Notes under the pieces: model-generated
What the model was told of the DNA's origin: nothing
Databases searched by the model: none
What the model saw: only the letters and a program-made list of their open reading frames with translations
Shown here: positions 58,572 through 64,000 of the stretch, in pieces
Numbering within the stretch: position 1 is the stretch's first letter
How the letters are laid out: every line of letters starts with the position of its first letter
IMG/VR virus record: IMGVR_UViG_3300020477_000990
Location: 186,001 to 250,000 of that record
Length of the DNA stretch: 64,000 nt
Direction: 5' to 3' (one strand)
Program-made: the position numbers and the translations under genes

Positions 58572-59183
58572 ATGGCGGATTTAGATAGAAAGAAAAAAGA
58601 AGATAAAGCAAGAGGGCCGACCCCATCTCCACAACCATTACAACCAGGAGTAATGATGTGGGAAGCTGGAATAATGTATTTTAGTGAACCATTTGATGCT
58701 AAAACAACGCAACCAGTTATTAACACAATTATCGAAAAGAACTTATTGCCAAATTCACAAAGACCAAATGAACTTACGTTAGTAATTAATTCACCAGGTG
58801 GGCAAGTTCATTCAGCATTTGCTTTAATTGACACGATGAAAGGATCAGCTATTCCTGTAAAAACTGTAGGATTAGGTATGATAGCATCATGTGGATTATT
58901 AACATTTATGAGTGGAACAAAAGGACGTAGAGTGTTAACACCAAATACATCTATATTATCACATCAATATAGTTGGGGATCAGGCGGAAAAGAACACGAA
59001 TTATTTGCAAGAGTACGAGAATTTGAATTAAGCACAAAAAGAATGATTGAACATTACAAAAAATGTACAGGATTATCTGAAAAGAAAATTAGAGAGATAT
59101 TATTACCACCAGAGGACGTTTGGTTATCAGCCAAAGAAGCAGTCAAATATGGTATAGCAGATAAAATTGTAAAAACTTATTAA
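58572..59183 (+). CDS. clpP: ClpP-like serine protease
   Basis: 'INSPGG', 'IASCG' (Ser), 'SHQ' (His), 'EDVWLSA.EAV.YG..D' (Asp). Confidence 0.85.
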   Translation: MADLDRKKKEDKARGPTPSPQPLQPGVMMWEAGIMYFSEPFDAKTTQPVINTIIEKNLLPNSQRPNELTLVINSPGGQVHSAFALIDTMKGSAIPVKTVGLGMIASCGLLTFMSGTKGRRVLTPNTSILSHQYSWGSGGKEHELFARVREFELSTKRMIEHYKKCTGLSEKKIREILLPPEDVWLSAKEAVKYGIADKIVKTY

Positions 59184-59365
59184 TGAGTCCAAGAGAAAAA
59201 ATATTAATAGTAATTTTTTTATTTGTATTAGGAATATCAAACTTGTTTTTAGCTTATCAGATAATTGATTTGCAGGTTACTGTAACTGAATTGTTTGAAA
59301 TGGTTTATAAGCATGATGCTTTTTTACGAATGATAGAAATGTTTAGTCCAGGAATGGAAATTTAA
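59183..59365 (+). CDS. Small single-pass membrane protein
   Basis: N-terminal hydrophobic helix; coupled to both neighbours. Confidence 0.55.
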   Translation: MSPREKILIVIFLFVLGISNLFLAYQIIDLQVTVTELFEMVYKHDAFLRMIEMFSPGMEI

Positions 59366-60012
59366 TGATTGTAGAATTAATAGATAAAATGGGATCTGAT
59401 CTAACGGTAGTAAATGCCGCTAGAGTTAGTTATGGTAAAAACAAAGAAGTATTTGATGCATCAGATGAAAAACTTATTAAGTTTTTAGCTTTGCATAATC
59501 ATTGGTCTCCATTTGCTCATTGTAGCCTACAATTTAGAATTAAAGCACCAATATTTGTTGCTAGGCAGTTAGTTAAGCATCAAGTAGGATTAAGTTGGAA
59601 TGAAATTAGTAGACGCTATGTTGATTTCCCACCTGAATTATATAGCCCAAAAGAATGGAGAGGCAGACCAAAAAATTCTAAACAAGGATCAGATGGCACA
59701 GTTGAATTTAATAAAAATGAACAACATATACTTGATACAACTATGGAACAATGTTTATTAATTTATAATAATATGATAGCAAAAGGTGTAGCACCAGAGC
59801 AGGCTAGAATGGTATTACCACAATCAATGATAACAGAATGGTATTGGACAGGAAGTTTATATGCGTTTGCTAGAGTTTGTGATTTAAGATGTGCAAGTGA
59901 TACACAAGAAGAAACTAGAATAATAGCAAATTCAATTGATAAATTTTGCAATGAGGAATTTCCATATAGTTGGAAATATTTAAGACTTGTAAAACAACAG
60001 GAAAGTGTGTAA
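59365..60012 (+). CDS. thyX: Flavin-dependent thymidylate synthase
   Basis: 'VNAARVSY', 'HWSPF', 'RQLVKH....NEISRRY', 'EQARMVLP', 'TQ.E.R'. Confidence 0.95.
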   Translation: MIVELIDKMGSDLTVVNAARVSYGKNKEVFDASDEKLIKFLALHNHWSPFAHCSLQFRIKAPIFVARQLVKHQVGLSWNEISRRYVDFPPELYSPKEWRGRPKNSKQGSDGTVEFNKNEQHILDTTMEQCLLIYNNMIAKGVAPEQARMVLPQSMITEWYWTGSLYAFARVCDLRCASDTQEETRIIANSIDKFCNEEFPYSWKYLRLVKQQESV

Positions 60013-60021
60013 TATATAACT

Positions 60022-60189
60022 ATGGGTATGGATATTAAAAGAGAATATAGTGCTGATAAACCAGAAGATATAAAAGCAAAAGAAGATGCAAAGAAAAAAA
60101 TGTGGAAAGAGTTTTTTGCAAAAGGTGGAAAAATTGAAAAGATTCCATATAAGGTAACAAAAGATCAATTGAAAAAAGGACAACTGTAA
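60022..60189 (+). CDS. 55-aa protein with SutA RNAP-binding-like motif (not in ORF track)
   Basis: MGMDIKREY...EFFAKGGKIEKIPY; TAATG overlap with helicase; TTGTAA-17-TAATAT-6-ATG. Confidence 0.65.
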   Translation: MGMDIKREYSADKPEDIKAKEDAKKKMWKEFFAKGGKIEKIPYKVTKDQLKKGQL

Positions 60190-61619
60190 TGGCCGCATCT
60201 GACTATAAAAATTATGATGAAAGTTTACAAAAACTTTTTATAGAGTTTTGTGCAACTGATCCTGAGTTATTTGTAAGAGTAAAAAATATAGTTAGGAAAG
60301 AATATTTTTCAGGAAAATTATCTAATGCAGTTAAGTTTATGTTAGAGCATACTGAACAATATAATGCATTACCAACAACTGAACAAATTAAAGCAACCTG
60401 TGATGTAGAATTAACAAAAGTTGAAATAACTGAACAACATAAAAATTGGTTCTTTGATGAGTTTGAAACATTTTGTAGGCACAAGGCATTAGAACACGCA
60501 ATTATAAGTTCAGCTGATTTATTAGAAAAAGGCGATTATGGTCAAGTAGAAGAAAAAATAAAACACGCAGTAAGAATTGGACTTACAAAAGATTTAGGTA
60601 CAGATTACTTTGTTGATCCAAAAGCAAGATTGTTAGCACTTAAAGATAATAATGGCACAATTAGTACAGGATGGACAGCATTAGATCAAAAATTATATGG
60701 TGGATTTAATAAAGGTGAATTGAATATATTTGCAGGACAAAGTGGTGCAGGTAAAAGTTTATTTTTACAAAATCTTGCATTAAATTGGGTAACTTCTGGA
60801 ATGAATGTAGTTTACTTTACTTTTGAGTTAAGTGAAAATTTAAGTTCGATGAGAATTGATTCGATGTCAACAGGTGTAGCATCAAATGAAATATTTAAAA
60901 AGATTGATGATATTGATTTAATGGTACGTATGCAAGGACAAAAAGCAGGTAAGTTTCAATTAAAGTACATGAATAGTGGATGTACAGTAAATGATTTAAG
61001 ATCATATATAAAAGAATATGAAGTACAAACAAATGCAAGACCAGATTGTATTTGTGTTGATTATTTAGATTTGTTAATGCCAATTAGTAAGAGAGTTTCA
61101 CCAAGTGATTTATATATTAAAGACAAATATGTATCTGAAGAATTACGTAATTTAGCAGTAGAAAATCAAATTGTATTAGCAACAGCATCACAATTAAATA
61201 GGTCATCAGTAGAAGAAATTGAATATGATCATTCACATATAGCTGGTGGGTTAAGTAAGGTTCAAACAGCTGATAATGTTATAGGGATTCAAACTAGTAG
61301 AGCTATGCGTGAACGTGGTAGATATTTAATACAATTAATGAAAACTAGGTCAAGTGGTGGTATTGGAAATAAAATATCATTATCATTTAATATAGATACC
61401 TTAAGAATTACTGATCTAACTGAAGAGCAAATAGCAGAAGATGATAATATGACGTCATCATCAATAACTAGTTCTATTAAGAAGCGAACTGCTACAATTA
61501 AGCCAAAAACACCACAAAATCAAGGAGCTCAAGTAGTTCAACAAGTAGAACAAGTAGCAAATTTACGTAGTATGCTTAAGACTAGAAGAACTGCATTAGA
61601 TGACACAGACAAGTTATAA
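60189..61619 (+). CDS. gp41: Replicative DnaB-like helicase
   Basis: GQSGAGKS, 'FTFELSE', 'VDYLDL', 'TASQLNRS', 'QLMKTR'. Confidence 0.93.
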   Translation: MAASDYKNYDESLQKLFIEFCATDPELFVRVKNIVRKEYFSGKLSNAVKFMLEHTEQYNALPTTEQIKATCDVELTKVEITEQHKNWFFDEFETFCRHKALEHAIISSADLLEKGDYGQVEEKIKHAVRIGLTKDLGTDYFVDPKARLLALKDNNGTISTGWTALDQKLYGGFNKGELNIFAGQSGAGKSLFLQNLALNWVTSGMNVVYFTFELSENLSSMRIDSMSTGVASNEIFKKIDDIDLMVRMQGQKAGKFQLKYMNSGCTVNDLRSYIKEYEVQTNARPDCICVDYLDLLMPISKRVSPSDLYIKDKYVSEELRNLAVENQIVLATASQLNRSSVEEIEYDHSHIAGGLSKVQTADNVIGIQTSRAMRERGRYLIQLMKTRSSGGIGNKISLSFNIDTLRITDLTEEQIAEDDNMTSSSITSSIKKRTATIKPKTPQNQGAQVVQQVEQVANLRSMLKTRRTALDDTDKL

Positions 61620-61681
61620 TACACACTTATATAGGTTTCCTTTAATAATAAATAATAGTATAAGATTTAGGAGATGTAGTT

Positions 61682-61945
61682 GTGAATAAGCGAAATACAA
61701 AATCAATACTTGAAGAAATCAGTAAAGTTATACCAAATAGCAATCGTGAGTCATTAATTGAATCACGAGCTGGGCACGTTATATCTTCAGCTATAAATCT
61801 TATTGATATGCTCCACGAGTCATATGATCAAGAAACTGCCGGCGAGCTAACTAGACGTTTAGTTAATAGTATTAAAAGTAGCGACCCTGCTAAATTTGAA
61901 CGTGGAATTAGAAGGGTTTTACAGAATAAAAATGAAGATAAATGA
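61682..61945 (+). CDS. Hypothetical helical protein
   Basis: GTG start, GGAG SD, TAAATA at 61649. Confidence 0.65.
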   Translation: MNKRNTKSILEEISKVIPNSNRESLIESRAGHVISSAINLIDMLHESYDQETAGELTRRLVNSIKSSDPAKFERGIRRVLQNKNEDK

Positions 61946-63926
61946 TATTAAAATCGATGAAAATATCAACACACATTTAACCCATTTAGAAGATTTAAGT
62001 CTTTTTAATGGTAAAAAAGGTGCGGTGCAGGCACTTGGTTTTTTAACAGGATTATCTAATATTGTAAAAGGGAATTCATCAAAAAAATTTAATATTACTA
62101 CAAAATGGGATGGGTCTCCAGCAATTGTTTGTGGAACAGATCCTAAAGATGGTAAATTTTTTATTGGCACAAAAGGTGTTTTTAACAAAAACCCAAAATT
62201 AAATAAGTCAATGAAAGATGTATCAGTAAATCATGCTGATACAGTTGCTAAAGGTGAAACTACAGATAAAAGTGAGTTAAGAGGCAAATTAAGACAAGCA
62301 TTAAAATATTTAGAAAAATTAAATATTAAAGGTGTATTACAAGGTGATTTAATGTTTACACAAGGTGACCTTCAAGAAAAGAATTGCCAAGGTGAAGCTT
62401 GTATAACGTTTCAACCAAATGAAATAGTTTATGCTGTCCCATCAAATAGTGAATTAGCACAAAGAATTAAAAGAGCTAAAGTTGGAATAGTATTTCATAC
62501 ATCATATGAAGGTGATAGTTTAGATAATATGACAGCGTCATTTAGAGTTGATTTATCTAATTTAACACCTACACCAGATGTTTGGTTTGATGATGCATAT
62601 ATTAAAGACTATTCTGGTATGGCAACAATGACAGCACAAGAGTCAGCGGCAGTAGATTCTGGAATAGCTCAAATAAAAAGTAGTTTGCAATCAGTAGGAA
62701 ATGCATTTGAATTTTTAGATGGTTCTGAAGCTGGTAATGATTTAAAGATTAATATTGCGGCTAATATTAATTCTAATATTAAGCAAAATGTAATACAACA
62801 AAATCCTGAAACATTTTTTAATCAATTTGTTGAGGATTATAAGAAAAGAGCAGAAGCTAAAATAGAGCAATTAAAGACGGGTAGAGAGGGTGTTGCAGGA
62901 CAACGTCGCTTAAATGCCCTACAAATTGGCTTAAATTACTTAAATACTAATAAGAATAATATGTTGAGTTTTTACTCTATATGGCTTAAATTAGGTGCTA
63001 TGAAGAACATATTATATAAAAAATTATCAAGTATTAAAGCAATTGATAGTTTTGAACAAAATGGAGATGAATTAAAAGTAAGAGATCCAGAAGGTTTTGT
63101 TGCTGTTGACCATATAGGAAATGCAATAAAAGTTGTGGATAGATTAGATTTTAGTAGGAAAAATTTTATGAAAAAAGAAGGTATAGAATTAGATTTAGTT
63201 ACACAATTGCTTACTGAAGCAAGAATGTTTAAATCAAGACAAGGTGTATCAAAGTTTTCAGCACGTGAAATAGCTGATATGGCTTTTGCACATTGTATCG
63301 CTTTGCAAGTAATGAATCGTGAATTCAAGTACACATCAGTTGCAAAAAGTTATGCATCAAGAACTTCAAGTTATGGTAACTATGATTATTTTAGATCAAA
63401 TGGTACTGATTTATATGTAATGTTACACGCCTTATTTGGTAAAGGTTCTATTATTAAATTTGATGATGAAAAAAATAGTAAAATTTTATTAAGCAGAATG
63501 AAAAGTGATATAATGCCGTTTAGAGAATTTTTAAGTCATATTGGATCTTCAGGATCAAATACTGATACTGAACAACGTATGTTAATGAGATTGCAAGGAG
63601 CATTGTATATTTCAAACAGTAAGTTACGTTCTATGAAACGTTTAGCAGGTGATTGGGAAAATTTAAAAACACGAGAAAAAAGAACATTAGTATCTAGCTT
63701 ATTAACTTATTTTAGATCAAATTCACCTATGTCATCGCTTACAACTTATATTCAAAGATTAGCACGTGAACGTGATTTTGGTGATGATAAGCAAAAAGTT
63801 AAAACATCAAAAGCAATGGCAGTTGGTGCGGCATTGGCAGGTGCATATTTAGGTTATAAACTTGGTCGTGGTAAAACACCAAGCTATGCAGATAAAAAAT
63901 TTAATTTTAAAAAGGATAAAAAATAA
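61932..63926 (+). CDS. Covalent nucleotidyltransferase/RNA-ligase-like protein (DUF6267-like) with extra C-terminal domain
   Basis: KWDG (motif I, Lys58), 'LQGDL', 'EGFV', 'KVVDR'; start moved to ATG 61932. Confidence 0.65.
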   Translation: MKINDIKIDENINTHLTHLEDLSLFNGKKGAVQALGFLTGLSNIVKGNSSKKFNITTKWDGSPAIVCGTDPKDGKFFIGTKGVFNKNPKLNKSMKDVSVNHADTVAKGETTDKSELRGKLRQALKYLEKLNIKGVLQGDLMFTQGDLQEKNCQGEACITFQPNEIVYAVPSNSELAQRIKRAKVGIVFHTSYEGDSLDNMTASFRVDLSNLTPTPDVWFDDAYIKDYSGMATMTAQESAAVDSGIAQIKSSLQSVGNAFEFLDGSEAGNDLKINIAANINSNIKQNVIQQNPETFFNQFVEDYKKRAEAKIEQLKTGREGVAGQRRLNALQIGLNYLNTNKNNMLSFYSIWLKLGAMKNILYKKLSSIKAIDSFEQNGDELKVRDPEGFVAVDHIGNAIKVVDRLDFSRKNFMKKEGIELDLVTQLLTEARMFKSRQGVSKFSAREIADMAFAHCIALQVMNREFKYTSVAKSYASRTSSYGNYDYFRSNGTDLYVMLHALFGKGSIIKFDDEKNSKILLSRMKSDIMPFREFLSHIGSSGSNTDTEQRMLMRLQGALYISNSKLRSMKRLAGDWENLKTREKRTLVSSLLTYFRSNSPMSSLTTYIQRLARERDFGDDKQKVKTSKAMAVGAALAGAYLGYKLGRGKTPSYADKKFNFKKDKK

Positions 63927-64000
63927 TGGCAGTAAGAATTAATGGTGCGGCAAGAGGCGGCGAGTTTATTAGTAATAACTTACAGTTTTATACAATGTAT
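63926..64000 (+). CDS. Partial ORF running off window (MAVRINGAARGGEF...)
   Basis: TAATG coupling; open to end of window. Confidence 0.5.
   Translation, partial: MAVRINGAARGGEFISNNLQFYTMY

Noticed and set aside
18208-61654. TTTCC element upstream of some late TAAATA boxes (18208, 35520, 61636)
   Set aside because: Spacing varies (11, 10, 8 nt) and it is absent at most sites; insufficient support.
3339-63334. Many 60-160 aa ORFs nested in or antisense to long genes (e.g. 3339, 9357, 12831, 20123, 33086, 45385, 58382, 62972)
   Set aside because: Fully overlap well-supported genes, have biased composition, and show no start signals.
1-64000. Alternative genetic code, CRISPR array, tRNAs, DGR, inteins in terminase/helicase/UvsX
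   Set aside because: Core genes are full-length in code 11 with normal sizes; I saw no spacer-repeat array, cloverleaf, reverse transcriptase or TR/VR pair.

Overview
AT-rich 64 kb segment of a large T4-superfamily myovirus, read with the standard genetic code. I found no tRNA, rRNA, CRISPR array or integrase. It holds baseplate genes, a gp55-like late sigma factor, gp46/gp47, the head module (portal, protease, scaffold, major capsid), neck, sheath and tube genes, terminase, and a replication/recombination block (gp32, UvsX/Y/W, primase, gp41-like helicase, ThyX, dNMP kinase). Host-like genes (Usg, a 17-kDa-antigen-like lipoprotein) point to an alphaproteobacterial host (inference). The most notable signals, most of them absent from the ORF track: (1) a ~390-nt structured non-coding RNA with its own sigma70 promoter (10925-11315, minus strand), whose 5' end shares 10-nt-phased AGGCTAAT repeats with the gp32 leader; (2) a -1 ribosomal frameshift signal (T TTT TTC + 6 nt + hairpin) that would join a gp26-like ORF to a start-less gp51-like ORF; (3) an early-promoter protein whose N-terminus matches the FtsZ C-terminal peptide (LDIPEFLKRQ); (4) a 190-aa mini-DnaE beside a protein with a clamp-binding-like motif; (5) many apparently leaderless transcripts; (6) a leucine dehydrogenase in a late structural operon; (7) a possibly capsid-targeted ligase-like polyprotein. 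All family assignments come from motif recognition by eye; no database search was run.
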